Numbered from the stretch's first letter, positions 22,322 through 33,049 are shown. The stretch is 64,000 nt of DNA from Rhodospirillales bacterium (GCA_038143065.1 JAYQLI010000035.1:1856894-1920893); one strand, 5' to 3'. The notes: generated from the letters alone by a model not told the origin. Numbers and translations: made by a program.

Positions 22322-23293
22322 AGATGTGAGAGCTTCTGGATTTATAACGTTTATCGGTTTTCCGGCTTCAAACGCGTTCACTTGATCAAAAATATCACTG
22401 AATTGAAGCTCAAACTCATCTTCGGTTACATAACCTATATGTGGCGTACATACGACATTGGGATGATTGGCTAATGGGTCATCCTCGTCCTGAAGGGGTT
22501 CATTCTCAAATACGTCTACAGCGGCTGAACCAGGACGCCCTGCGTTGAGCGCTGCTACTAATTGATTAGGTTCCACCAGCTCAGCTCTAGACGTATTCAC
22601 AAATAAGCTGTCTGGCCTCATCCAAGCCAGATCTTGTGATGTAATCAGCCCTCGCGTGGCTGAATTTAGCCGCACATGTATGCTAATTATGTCTGGTTCG
22701 GAAAAGAAAGTTTTTCGGCTTTCCGCAACCCTCACTCCATCTGCTTTGGCGCGCAATCGGCCTGCTTCAGATCCCCACCAAATCACCTGAAGTCCAAAAG
22801 CTTTTGCATATTCCGCAACCAACTTTGCAATGCGGCCGTATCCGAAAAGACCGAGGGTCCGCCCTCTAACCGACTTACCAACACCCATTTGCCATTTGCC
22901 CGCTTTTAGAGAAGCCTGCTGCGCTGGAATTTGTCGCATTGCTGCCAAAATAAGAGCCCATGTCAGCTCGGCCGTGGCAAAGGATGGAGTATCGGCATGC
23001 TGACTTGAACAGAGAAGCACGCCTCTTTCAGTCAGTGCATTTAGGTCAATATGTGGCCAAACACTGCGCTGACTCACGAGTTTTAGGTTTGGCAATTGAT
23101 CGATTAATGCCTTTCGAATTGCGGTCCGCTCGCGGAATAAACATAAAGCCTCTGCATCCACTAAACGTTGAGCAAGAATATCAACATCATCTGTGTGATC
23201 GTTCCAAATTGTTGTCTGGTGGCCCTCCATCTTCTTGTAACAATCCAGCCCACGAAGAGTATCAAACCAGTCATCTAAAATATGGACACGCAA
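22313..23293 (-). CDS. D-2-hydroxyacid dehydrogenase family protein
   Basis: RERT, GYGRIA, VNTSRA, DVFENEP, TPHIGY; TTG start (LRVHILDD) just after the lyase stop. Confidence 0.88.
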   Translation of the reverse strand: MRVHILDDWFDTLRGLDCYKKMEGHQTTIWNDHTDDVDILAQRLVDAEALCLFRERTAIRKALIDQLPNLKLVSQRSVWPHIDLNALTERGVLLCSSQHADTPSFATAELTWALILAAMRQIPAQQASLKAGKWQMGVGKSVRGRTLGLFGYGRIAKLVAEYAKAFGLQVIWWGSEAGRLRAKADGVRVAESRKTFFSEPDIISIHVRLNSATRGLITSQDLAWMRPDSLFVNTSRAELVEPNQLVAALNAGRPGSAAVDVFENEPLQDEDDPLANHPNVVCTPHIGYVTEDEFELQFSDIFDQVNAFEAGKPINVINPEALTSSI

Positions 23294-23297
23294 TTCT

Positions 23298-24179
23298 TTA
23301 ATTCCCCAGCGCTTCGATTGCGGCAGCTTTAGCGAGAATTCGCCGAGCCTGCACTGCGTGCAGGTTTTCAATTAATTTGCCGTCGAGCGTCGCGACCCCC
23401 TGGCCTGTTGCTATTGCAGTCTCATAGGCTTCAACGACTTTTTCAGCGTTCTCGACTGCCTTTGGGTCAGGGCCAAACCACGCATTCGCTGGCGCAACCT
23501 GTTTAGGGTGAATTAATGTCTTCCCATCAAAACCCATATCAACCGCCTGCCGGCAATGGGCTTCATATTGTTTATCATCCGTTAGATTTAAATGAACTCC
23601 GTCAAGAACGCTTCTACCATGTGCGCGAGCCGCTAAAAGAACTAAGCCAAAACTGGTAAGGAATGGAATGCGCTGCGGAGTATGGTTTGCTGTGAGGTCA
23701 ACGGCTAGGTCAGAAGTACCCATTACTAAAACCATAAGCTTTGAATGTGCAGCTATTTCTTCGACGCGAAGAACGCCTTTTGGCGTCTCTATCATAGCCC
23801 ATAGCCATAAAGTTTCCGGCGCGCCTGCATCTCCAAGAATTTGGTCCACCTCCTCCAACATTTTGGCGGACTCCACCTTTGGTATGACAACTGCATGAGC
23901 TCCTGATCGGGCTATGGCCTGGAGGTCTTCTTTACCCCATGGGGTATCTAGCCCATTTGCCCTTATAGCAATCTCCCGCCTTCCATAGTCACCCGATAGT
24001 GCTGCTTGCACAGCCATTCGTCGCGCATCGGCCTTCGCGTCTGGAGCAACTGCATCCTCTAAATCAAAAATGAGCGCATCAGCCGGCAAGCCTTTTGCTT
24101 TTTCGAGAGCTGACGCGCGAGATGCAGGCATGTAGAGGACGCTGCGTCGCGGGCGGAACACTTCCTCTTCTTGAGACAT
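23298..24179 (-). CDS. CitE/malyl-CoA lyase-like CoA-ester lyase (HpcH/HpaI family)
   Basis: RPRRSVLYMPA, FDLEDAVAP, MIETPKG, MGTSDL, GFDGKTLIHP, LIENLH. Confidence 0.9.
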   Translation of the reverse strand: MSQEEEVFRPRRSVLYMPASRASALEKAKGLPADALIFDLEDAVAPDAKADARRMAVQAALSGDYGRREIAIRANGLDTPWGKEDLQAIARSGAHAVVIPKVESAKMLEEVDQILGDAGAPETLWLWAMIETPKGVLRVEEIAAHSKLMVLVMGTSDLAVDLTANHTPQRIPFLTSFGLVLLAARAHGRSVLDGVHLNLTDDKQYEAHCRQAVDMGFDGKTLIHPKQVAPANAWFGPDPKAVENAEKVVEAYETAIATGQGVATLDGKLIENLHAVQARRILAKAAAIEALGN

Positions 24180-24250
24180 GTAAAAGCTCCTGCGCTATAC
24201 TTTCCATATATTGTTGATAGCGCTAGGGCGAGAATGAAGAAAGGCGGTTG

Positions 24251-25108
24251 ATGGAAATAGATATGTGTCAGCCTGTCTTAACTCTGCAATCCAGCGTCGC
24301 TTATGGCCATGTTGGAAATTCAACTGCAGCCTTTGCTTTGCAAAGACTGGGTCGTGAGGTGATCCGGATTGACACTGTGCGTTTTTCAAATCATCCAGCC
24401 CATGGCGGGTTTACCGGAGACAATACAAGTTCAGCCGAAATCAACTCCCTGATCTCAGGCCTCTCTAGTGGTGGCTTCCTTTTAAATGTATCTGCAGTTC
24501 TTTCTGGATATTTGGGTACATCTGCCAATGCTCAGTCAGTAAAACAGGCTGTTTTAACAACAAGAACAGCAAACCCTGCTGTAATATTCTGCCTTGATCC
24601 AGTGATAGGAGATCGCCCTAAAGGCCGTTTTGTGGCTGAAGATGTGCCTAACGCTATAGCTTCAGAGCTACTACCAATTGCTGATATAGCCACACCAAAT
24701 GCTTTTGAATTGGAAATTCTCTCTGGGTTAAAAGTTCAAACCACTGCTCAGGCAATCAAGGCGGCAAGGGTTCTCTTAAATCAACACAGCTTGAGAGTGG
24801 TAGTGACTACTGGGCTCCATGTCGGCAATTCTATAATCACAATTGCGGTCACCCGAACCCAAGCCTGGGAGGTATGTACTCCACGAATAGATGCCCCCGC
24901 ATTCGGGGCAGGCGATTTATTCTGTGCAATCTTCCTAGCTCGGTATCTGGAAAACGCTTTGCCTGATAGAGCTCTTTCACTCGCAGCCTCAAGCGTATTT
25001 GCTGTGTTCGCAGAGACCGCTCGGTCTGGAAAGCCAGAGCTCGCATTAATTAAAGCCCAGGATGCTCTTTTAAGTCCCCCAGAAATTTTTCCTGCAGAGG
25101 TTAGATAG
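24251..25108 (+). CDS. pdxY: Pyridoxal kinase
   Basis: QSSVAYGHVGN, FSNHP, LDPVIGD, TPNAFEL, GAGDLF. Confidence 0.88.
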   Translation: MEIDMCQPVLTLQSSVAYGHVGNSTAAFALQRLGREVIRIDTVRFSNHPAHGGFTGDNTSSAEINSLISGLSSGGFLLNVSAVLSGYLGTSANAQSVKQAVLTTRTANPAVIFCLDPVIGDRPKGRFVAEDVPNAIASELLPIADIATPNAFELEILSGLKVQTTAQAIKAARVLLNQHSLRVVVTTGLHVGNSIITIAVTRTQAWEVCTPRIDAPAFGAGDLFCAIFLARYLENALPDRALSLAASSVFAVFAETARSGKPELALIKAQDALLSPPEIFPAEVR

Positions 25109-25111
25109 TCT

Positions 25112-26865
25112 ATGGCAGGTGAGGCTACGGATTTTGTTTGGCTGCATGACGCAGTCGTTTACCTTGGAGCAGCTGTTGTAACAGCACCAATTTGTGTCCG
25201 GATCGGCGCAAGTCCAATTCTGGGATATCTATTAGCTGGAGTTGCCCTTGGCCCTTTCGCATTCAGGGTAATTAAAGACGTAGAAGGAGCCGCCAATCTA
25301 GCAGAGCTCGGTGTTGTCTTGCTGATGTTTACCATTGGCTTAGAACTCTCCTTCCAGCGATTACGTGTAATGGCCAAACATATATTTGGCTTTGGCCTAG
25401 CCCAGGTTCTACTGACGAGCGCAGGGATTTGCATAATTGCGAGAGCCATTGGCCTCTCTTGGGAGGCCTCACTTTTTGGTGGGCGGTGCGCTTTCTCTAT
25501 CGTCCACCGCACTTGTTCTGCGGCTTTTAGCTGAACGGGGCGAGCTTCAAACTAGGCATGGTAGACTGGTATTTTCAGCCCTGTTGTTCCAGGACTTAGC
25601 AGTCGCGCCAATGTTGGCAGCAGCACCATTGTTGGCCTTCAATAATACACAACAATTGCTTGAGGTTGGGGACCTTTTACAAGCGCTAGCAACTGCCATT
25701 GTTGTAGTTGGTGGCTTCATCCTTATTGGCCGGTTTGCATTACGCCCCTTCCTTCGCGTCATCGCTGCTATGAATAATCGAGAGGTTTTTGCTGCAGCCA
25801 GTTTACTAATTGTTCTAGCGACTTCGTGGATAGGAGCCATTACAGGCTTATCAATGGCTTTAGGTGCCTTTCTTGCAGGAATGCTGCTTGCTGGAAGTGG
25901 CTTTCGACATCAAGTCGAGATGGAAATTGTACCCTTTCGTGGTCTGCTTCTTGGTTTGTTTTTCATGTCCATTGGAGCATTGATTGATATTCAAGCTTTA
26001 ACCCACCTTTGGCGTGAAGCCCTTTTGGCTACTCTTGCATTAATCATTTTTAAGAGTTTGGTAATCACAGGTTTGGCCCGCCTCATTGGCTTCTCATTAC
26101 CAACGGCCATTCATTGCGGTCTTCTGCTGGCTCAAGGTGGTGAGTTTGCTTTTGCTCTTGCATCCATTGCTTTTGGCAGTGGCGTTTTAAATGGGGTTGA
26201 AGCCCAGATTTTTTACTGGCAACTGCAATATCCCTGGGCTTAACTCCGATACTCGCATGGCTTGGAGGCTTTCTAGACAAGAAATTGGAAGGCCGCGGTC
26301 TGCCAGGGTTAACAGAATTCGAGTCCAGGCTTATGAAGCTTAGAGGAGAGATGGTTATCGTAGGGTTTGGTCGCGCAGGACAAACCTTAGGAAGAGTACT
26401 TGAAGCAGCTCAGGAAAATTTTGTTGCAATTGATAATTCACCATCACGAGTATTAGCCGCTAACGCTAATGGGCAGTCTGTTTTTTTGCCGATGTACGAA
26501 GCGCTCGAGTATTGCGAACAATAGCGAAGGCTCGTCCACGATTGGTCATCATTGCAATTAGTGATGCTGACAGCGGGATCGAGTTAATTAATTGGCTACG
26601 AAAAAAGGCACCTGACATAAAGGTATATGCACGTGCAGCTGACCAGACTGCACAAGAGAACCTTATTTCTGCAGGTGCCGAATTTGTTGTTCGTGAAGTG
26701 GCGGAGTCTAGCTTGCACATGGGAGGTGAAATTTTGCGTGCACTAGGTCGAAGTAAAGATGATGCCGCATCCACTATCGATATTTTCCGTCAGGATGAAT
26801 ATCAGGCCTTAAGTTCATTTATTGATCCCAAAGGCGAGAGATATGGGAAAAATTTGACACAGTAG
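25112..26865 (+). CDS. KefB/KefC-like cation:proton antiporter (CPA2) with KTN domain; three frameshifts
   Basis: LAELGVVLLMFTIGLELS, LSSTA, LLFQDLAV, GAFLAGMLL, LAQGGEFAF and GFGRAGQ lie across ORFs 25112, 25437, 26285 and 26512; breaks at T-runs near 25475, 26210 and 26484. Confidence 0.82.
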
Positions 26866-26916
26866 GAGGCAATAATTCAGGGTGCTATTGTTGTCCAAAC
26901 GTTGGAGTAGTCGTTG

Positions 26917-28119
26917 ATGGAAATGAGCTTTTCTGCCGCTGATGAAACCTTCCGCGATAAAGTTAAAGCTTTCGTAGCAGATAATTTGCCCGCTCAAATT
27001 AGAAGAAAAGTGTCCGAAGGCGTCGAGTTCACAAGTTCTGACATGCGCACCTGGATGGGTATTTTAGCAAAACAAGGATGGCTGGCCACTAATTGGGACC
27101 AGAAAGATGGCGGCCCAGGCTGGAGTGCCGCACAAAAGCATATCTTTGAAGAGGAGTGTGCAGCCGCCGGTGCACCGGACATCGTGCCTTTTGGAACGCG
27201 AATGGTTGGACCAGTACTTTTGAAATTTGGTTCAGATTCTCAGAAAAAGAAATTCTTACCAGGCATTCTGTCTGCAGAGACTATTTGGTGCCAAGGCTAT
27301 TCCGAACCAGGAGCTGGCTCTGATCTTGCAAACCTTCAAATGTCGGCAAAGCTAGACGGCGGTGCCTATGTGGTTAATGGCACGAAAATTTGGACTACCC
27401 AGGCCCATATGGCTGATATGATGTTCGCGCTAGTTCGCACGGACAAGTCCGGTCGCAAGCAAGATGGTGTCACATGCCTTCTTATCGACATGTCTGCTCC
27501 AGGCGTTACGGTTCGGCCAATAATAACTATTGATGGACGGCACCGCTTCAATCAGGAGTTTTTCGATAACGTTAGGGTGCCGTTAGAGAATCGGGTTGGC
27601 GAAGAAGGGGATGGATGGCGCATTGCCAAATATCTTCTTGGTCACGAAAGATCGAGTTCTGCAGGGGTAGCAGGGGCAGTCCGAATGCTTGGCAAACTGC
27701 GGAGTATTGCAAATGCAGAGCGCGATGGTGATGGGGCGCAACTTATTAAGGATCAAGCTTTCCGCAGTCGGCTATCAGATTTAGAGGTACGCCTTGAAGG
27801 TCTGCGCATGACAGCCGCACGAAATCTTGCTCGTGCGTCTGCAGATCAGCCGGTTGGGCCCGAAGCTTCTGTGCTCAAACTTGGTATGGCTGAAATCAGG
27901 AAAGATATCGCCGAGCTTGGTTGTATTGCTGGTGGATATTATGCGAGCCCTTTCGATCCCGTTGCAATTCGCGAGGGTTGGGGAAATCAAGAACCAATTG
28001 GTGCGGACTACATCTTTAAATTATCACCTGATTACTTTGAAATGCGAGCTCGTTCGATTGCAGGGGGATCGAATGAAATCCAGAAGAATATTATCGCCAA
28101 ACGCGTATTGGGGCTTTAA
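26917..28119 (+). CDS. Acyl-CoA dehydrogenase (PimC/large-subunit-like), copy 1
   Basis: WCQGYSEPGAGSDLA, NGTKIWTT, FNQEFFDNVRVP, SIAGGSNEIQKNII. Confidence 0.9.
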   Translation: MEMSFSAADETFRDKVKAFVADNLPAQIRRKVSEGVEFTSSDMRTWMGILAKQGWLATNWDQKDGGPGWSAAQKHIFEEECAAAGAPDIVPFGTRMVGPVLLKFGSDSQKKKFLPGILSAETIWCQGYSEPGAGSDLANLQMSAKLDGGAYVVNGTKIWTTQAHMADMMFALVRTDKSGRKQDGVTCLLIDMSAPGVTVRPIITIDGRHRFNQEFFDNVRVPLENRVGEEGDGWRIAKYLLGHERSSSAGVAGAVRMLGKLRSIANAERDGDGAQLIKDQAFRSRLSDLEVRLEGLRMTAARNLARASADQPVGPEASVLKLGMAEIRKDIAELGCIAGGYYASPFDPVAIREGWGNQEPIGADYIFKLSPDYFEMRARSIAGGSNEIQKNIIAKRVLGL

Positions 28120-28124
28120 GCATC

Positions 28125-29321
28125 ATGGATATGACATTCACGTCTGAAGAGTTGCAATTTCAACAAAAAGTTGCCGATTGGACTAAAGAGAATTTACCGG
28201 CTGATATAAAAGAAAAAGTAGATCGTGGATTGGAGCTGAATAGAGACGATTTTGAAAGATGGATGCGCATCCTTTCTCGTCAGGGCTGGATTGCAACTAA
28301 TTGGGATTCAAAGGATGGTGGCCCAGGATGGAGCGTTGGGCAAAAATTTTTAGCTGATGAAGCTATTTTTTTCGAGGGCGCCCCTCGGGTAGTGCACTTT
28401 GGTACCCGAATGGTTGGTCCAGTTTTGCTTGCCTTCGGAACAGACGAACAAAAAGCAAAATATATTCCTAAAATACTCTCCAGCGAAGAAATCTGGTGCC
28501 AAGGATATTCAGAACCCCAAGCTGGGTCTGACTTGGCCCAGTTGCAGTGCTCCGCAGTTCTTGATGGAGACCATTATGTGGTCAATGGCACAAAAATTTG
28601 GACATCATACGCCCATTGTGCAGATCGAATGTTTGCTCTTGTTCGCACGGCAAAAACTGCAAAAAAACAAGAAGGCATCACTTGCCTTTTGATTGATCTA
28701 AAAGCTCCTGGAGTAGATATTCGGCCTATAATAACGCTCGACGGGAAACATCACTTCAACCAAGAATTTTTAACGGACGTCCGAGTTCCTGTTTCAGACC
28801 GAGTTGGAGCGGAAGGTGAAGGTTGGAAGGTTGCAAAATTTCTCCTTGGCCATGAACGTTCCAATGCATCTTACGTTTCCATCAACAAGCGAAATTTGAA
28901 GAAACTAAAAGAGATTGCAAGCGATCAACGGGCAGATGGTCAGCGACTCGCTGATAACCCAGATTTCATGACCAAGGTTGCAAACCTAGAGATCGAAATC
29001 ACCACCACAACAACCATGGCAATGCGTCAGCTAGCTTCCGCCGCCGCTGATAAGCCTGTAGGCGCTGAAGCATCCATTTTAAAAATTCGAGTTATGGATG
29101 CGTTGAAATCATGCCATGAACTCATGATGGAAGCAGGTGCTTATTACGCAATGCCCTGGGAAACTAGCCACATACGCGCTGAAAGTAACCTTGATTGGGT
29201 AGGTCCAAGTTACATGTACCGAATGACACCAGATTACTTTGAGAGCCGAGCGATGAGCATTGCTGGAGGCAGCCACGAAATCCAAAAGGATATCTTGGCA
29301 AAACGCTCACTTGGACTTTAA
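28125..29321 (+). CDS. Acyl-CoA dehydrogenase (PimC/large-subunit-like), copy 2
   Basis: WCQGYSEPQAGSDLA, FNQEFLTDVRVP, SIAGGSHEIQ. Confidence 0.9.
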   Translation: MDMTFTSEELQFQQKVADWTKENLPADIKEKVDRGLELNRDDFERWMRILSRQGWIATNWDSKDGGPGWSVGQKFLADEAIFFEGAPRVVHFGTRMVGPVLLAFGTDEQKAKYIPKILSSEEIWCQGYSEPQAGSDLAQLQCSAVLDGDHYVVNGTKIWTSYAHCADRMFALVRTAKTAKKQEGITCLLIDLKAPGVDIRPIITLDGKHHFNQEFLTDVRVPVSDRVGAEGEGWKVAKFLLGHERSNASYVSINKRNLKKLKEIASDQRADGQRLADNPDFMTKVANLEIEITTTTTMAMRQLASAAADKPVGAEASILKIRVMDALKSCHELMMEAGAYYAMPWETSHIRAESNLDWVGPSYMYRMTPDYFESRAMSIAGGSHEIQKDILAKRSLGL

Positions 29322-29322
29322 G

Positions 29323-30101
29323 TCAGCCTAAGAAGGTCAAAACTTCTTTAGCTAGTGCTTCAGGCTGATCAAGGTCGACCAAATGTCCTGCATCGGGAAT
29401 TTCGACTATTTCAGTAGGACCTGAGATCGCTTCGGCAAATTTTTCCGCATAAGTTTTAGGTATTACTTGATCATCTGCCCCCCACACTATCAATGTTGGG
29501 CATATAATCCGATGAAGACGCCTAATAATTCGGGTATCACCCATAGGCCAGAGCAACCGGGCGGAAGCTTCACGTGCACGGGCCATCTCGATTGGCCACT
29601 CTACTGGGTCGGCATCATTTGGTCGGCGTATAAAATCTGAATATGCATCGCTGTTTTTACAAAAAAGGCTCCCAAATTCGTGGCCCTGTTGAGCCCATGG
29701 GCTAGCAGTTGGGTGCAACTCGTCATAGATCCCAAAAGGAGCAACAAGCACAAGCTTATCTACTTTGTGCGGCCACATTGCAGCTACCTCTGCTGCAAGT
29801 GTTGCACCTATTGATACTCCTACGAGAGGTGGTCCCTCAAGATTTACACCATTCAGAAGCTCTCGCATGGCTACAATCCAATCAAGTGTTGTATCCAGCT
29901 CACGATGGCCTTCGGCTCCTGGAAAGCCAGGAATTGATGGAGCTATAACTTTTGATTGACGGCAAGAGCTTCAGCAAAGGCAGGCCACTTAGGCAAGCCC
30001 GCAAGACCTGCTAAATATCCTATCGGCCCACCAGTACCTTTTTGCCAAACACGACAGGGATACCCATTCACCGAAACACTCGAGATCTCCAACTCAGACA
30101 T
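29323..30101 (-). CDS. Alpha/beta hydrolase; frameshift near 29952
   Basis: ATG 30101 (MSELEISSVSVNGY..) joins ORF 29323..29868 by adding one A to a run; GVSIG nucleophile motif, WGADD, DAGH. Confidence 0.82.
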
Positions 30102-30111
30102 GAGGTTTAAC

Positions 30112-31383
30112 CTACTCTGCTGCTTCTAGGTTCCTGGGAAGTGGTGTTGAACGATGGTCTGCAGCCATTGGCTTCGGCCACCAGTGGTTTTGCCATTCGT
30201 CATCCCACATATCTTTAAGCTGTGGCAGCACCTGCTCCGCATATAATTTGGTATTATACATGGCGACATCACGGCTCATATTTCCATACTGTAACAAGAG
30301 CATCAGCTGCCCCACATGGAGTTCTTGAGCGACTTCTTTCAGCTTTTCTGCAACCTGGTCTGGAGTGCCAATTATTACGTACCCATTGTCAAGAATTGCA
30401 TCAAATTCACGTGCTTTTTTGTCTACGACTAAGGCTGTCTTATTATCACTTGCGACCCGGGATACCTGCCCCTGAATGCCCGCTCGCATGGTGGCCTCTG
30501 TGGTATATCCCGGTGGAGTTGCATATCTCGGATCAACATGCAGACAACGACCGTAGAAATATTCAGCTGGCTCCTTATAGAGTTTGTAAGCTTCTTCTTC
30601 CGTCTCAGCCACGCCGACAAACTGCAAGAACCCAGCTCTGTAAGGATTTCTATCCTTGCCTAGACGATCCATCTCCTCCCAAAAGCCCTTCATTGTGGCC
30701 ATCCCAGCCTTGTATCCATAATACGAGAGATAGCAATAAACGTAGTCCATCTCAGCACACCATTGCCACGTCTCTACTGAGCCACCGCCTGGTATCCAGA
30801 CCGGTGGGTGAGGATCATCTTGAACTGGCCTTGGCCATATATTGACATAGCGCTGCTGATTGTATCGACCATTGAATGAGAATGTTTCCTTCTCCTTCCA
30901 GGCTTTCATGACAAGATCGTGCGCCTCCAGATATCGCTCTCGAAGCATGGATGGGTTCTGACCATAGGCGTAACAAGTATCCATAGGAGTGCCTACTGGG
31001 AAACCTGCTATTAAGCGGCCTCCTGATATACAATCGATCATCGCAAACTCTTCAGCAACACGCGTTGGTGGGTTGTAGAGAGCGAGCGAGTTACCCATCA
31101 CGCACAAGGCTGCATTACTCGTTCGTCTGGCCAGTGAAGAAGCAATCAGGTTTGGCGATGGCATCAATCCATACCCATTGGAGTGATGTTCGTTGACACA
31201 AATTCCATCAAAACCGCAATCAGCTGCGTATTCCAGCTCATCCATGAAGTCGTTGTACATGCCATGCGCTTTGCGCGGATCAAACAGAGAGGAATGAACA
31301 TCAACCCAAACCGAAGGATGATTGTCTCTGAAATCATCGGGCAGTTCGGTGTAGGGCATTAAGTGGAACCAGAGCTGCTTCAT
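30112..31383 (-). CDS. LLM-class flavin-dependent monooxygenase
   Basis: GFDGICVNEHH, RVAEEFAMID, GRLIAGF, WPRPVQ..PPVWIPG, GTPDQV. Confidence 0.88.
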   Translation of the reverse strand: MKQLWFHLMPYTELPDDFRDNHPSVWVDVHSSLFDPRKAHGMYNDFMDELEYAADCGFDGICVNEHHSNGYGLMPSPNLIASSLARRTSNAALCVMGNSLALYNPPTRVAEEFAMIDCISGGRLIAGFPVGTPMDTCYAYGQNPSMLRERYLEAHDLVMKAWKEKETFSFNGRYNQQRYVNIWPRPVQDDPHPPVWIPGGGSVETWQWCAEMDYVYCYLSYYGYKAGMATMKGFWEEMDRLGKDRNPYRAGFLQFVGVAETEEEAYKLYKEPAEYFYGRCLHVDPRYATPPGYTTEATMRAGIQGQVSRVASDNKTALVVDKKAREFDAILDNGYVIIGTPDQVAEKLKEVAQELHVGQLMLLLQYGNMSRDVAMYNTKLYAEQVLPQLKDMWDDEWQNHWWPKPMAADHRSTPLPRNLEAAE

Positions 31384-31448
31384 AATCAGGGTCTCCTGGC
31401 TAGAATTCAGCGATAAAGATAGTAACGCGTCTGTTTTAGTTATGTCTA

Positions 31449-32255
31449 TTACGCGTATGTTGCTTGGACCTCACCAAATGGCCCAAAATCAGCAATAAAA
31501 GTTTCTCCAACTTTGGGGCGAAGCATACCAGTCAATGTACCAGTGCTTATGATTTGTGATGCCTTCAGCCCATCCCCTTTTGAGGAAAGTTCGTTTGCAA
31601 GCCAATGGACTGGAGTTATTGGGTCATCTATCGAATCCCTTGCCACTCCCTCCCGTCGCAGAACACCATTTGCAGATAACGTTATGCGTTGATTAGATAT
31701 ATCTCGGTTTTGCCAATCAGGAATCGCAGGTCCAATTACAAGCGAGCCTCCACCACTTCCATCTGCCAATATGCCAGACAAAGGTGGGAAGAACTCGTCA
31801 TGAACAAAGCGACATTCTGCTAATTCAATTCCAATATGTATAGTCTCAACAGAATCAATGATTTCTGCACGCGAGTAAGGTGTCGGGCGGCTCGCCAAAT
31901 CTGAGCCGACGAGCACCATATATTCGGGTTCAGGAATTGGACTGCATTGCTTGACATATTCGACTGCCGCTGGGGTCTTCAAAATTTTACCCGAGAAAAC
32001 GCGCCCATAAATTGGCCTATCAGTGCGCAACTGCGCTTGTATCCTTGGCTTGTTTGCAGCTATCTTCCAGCCATCCACACTCCAACCAAGTTGCTCGGCC
32101 ACCTTGGCGGCGACGCGACGCAAATTCCTATTTGGCTTATAGGCGGCATCTTGATCAGGTGGTACCAAATGCTCTTGAAGGCCGCTTTGCTGCCTTCCTT
32201 CAGACCGCAATTCTGTTAATAAATCAACTAACTGTTTCTCAGCAGTAAAATCCAT
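31449..32255 (-). CDS. 2-keto-4-pentenoate hydratase-like (FAH family) protein
   Basis: GWKIAA, PIYGRV, EPE, IELAECRF, LADG, WLANEL, ISTGTLTG, ADFGPFG. Confidence 0.82.
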   Translation of the reverse strand: MDFTAEKQLVDLLTELRSEGRQQSGLQEHLVPPDQDAAYKPNRNLRRVAAKVAEQLGWSVDGWKIAANKPRIQAQLRTDRPIYGRVFSGKILKTPAAVEYVKQCSPIPEPEYMVLVGSDLASRPTPYSRAEIIDSVETIHIGIELAECRFVHDEFFPPLSGILADGSGGGSLVIGPAIPDWQNRDISNQRITLSANGVLRREGVARDSIDDPITPVHWLANELSSKGDGLKASQIISTGTLTGMLRPKVGETFIADFGPFGEVQATYA

Positions 32256-32371
32256 CAAACACTCCTAGACCAACTAAAAATAACCAACGCAAAAATGAGG
32301 GGAGTCTTTCTGTTCGGTCTATTAATCTGATAGACCCCAGGATAAGAACTTTAATAGTGGTTCAGCTCAAA

Positions 32372-33049
32372 ATGCCCAAAATTTTTAAAAGAAGCCTCTC
32401 ATATATCTATCTGGCCAGCTTAGTGACCGTGTATGGGTGCGGGTCCACTGCACCATCCGTATTACCAGAAAAAACACCAGTTAAAGTACAAGCTCAAATA
32501 AAACCTGCAGCAGATTTACAATCACCAACCATTATCCAAAAAACGGAAAAACTGGAAAAACAAGCAAAGTTGATTTTGACAGCTAATTTAAATCCATCAG
32601 AAATCGAACAAAAAAGCCCTGAAAAAATGATGTCATTTTTATATTCGAGAATGATGTCGAGGAAAGAATTAAAGAGATCAATAGATTCTTTAAAAGACAG
32701 TCGCAGACTTATTTATTTGGTGAGGAAATATAACAAGGATCATGAAATTGATTCTGTTAATTCGAAGGCACAAATGATTTCTGATATTGCAGAAATCGAA
32801 TTGATGTTTGGAGAACCTGAAAACGCTTGGCAGCTAACCCAAGAAGCATTTTCATACGACCATAAACCCATTTTAACTTACACCCTTTATGCCCACTTTT
32901 TGGTTTTGCAGGGAAAAGACGACGAAGCTGAAAAGGTTCGACAGAAACTATTGCGTGAAAGGGGTTTTGAATCAGATATCGTTCATTCAACTTATTTGAA
33001 AGTTCTTTTGAATCGAGCGGACGCAAAACAATTCAATGCGTCCAAATAG
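32372..33049 (+). CDS. Hypothetical AT-rich lipoprotein with C-terminal TPR-like helices
   Basis: MPKIFKR..LVTVYG-C lipobox; helical repeats (IAEIELMFGEPENA / YAHFLVLQGKDDEA); visibly more AT-rich than its neighbours. Confidence 0.6.
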   Translation: MPKIFKRSLSYIYLASLVTVYGCGSTAPSVLPEKTPVKVQAQIKPAADLQSPTIIQKTEKLEKQAKLILTANLNPSEIEQKSPEKMMSFLYSRMMSRKELKRSIDSLKDSRRLIYLVRKYNKDHEIDSVNSKAQMISDIAEIELMFGEPENAWQLTQEAFSYDHKPILTYTLYAHFLVLQGKDDEAEKVRQKLLRERGFESDIVHSTYLKVLLNRADAKQFNASK

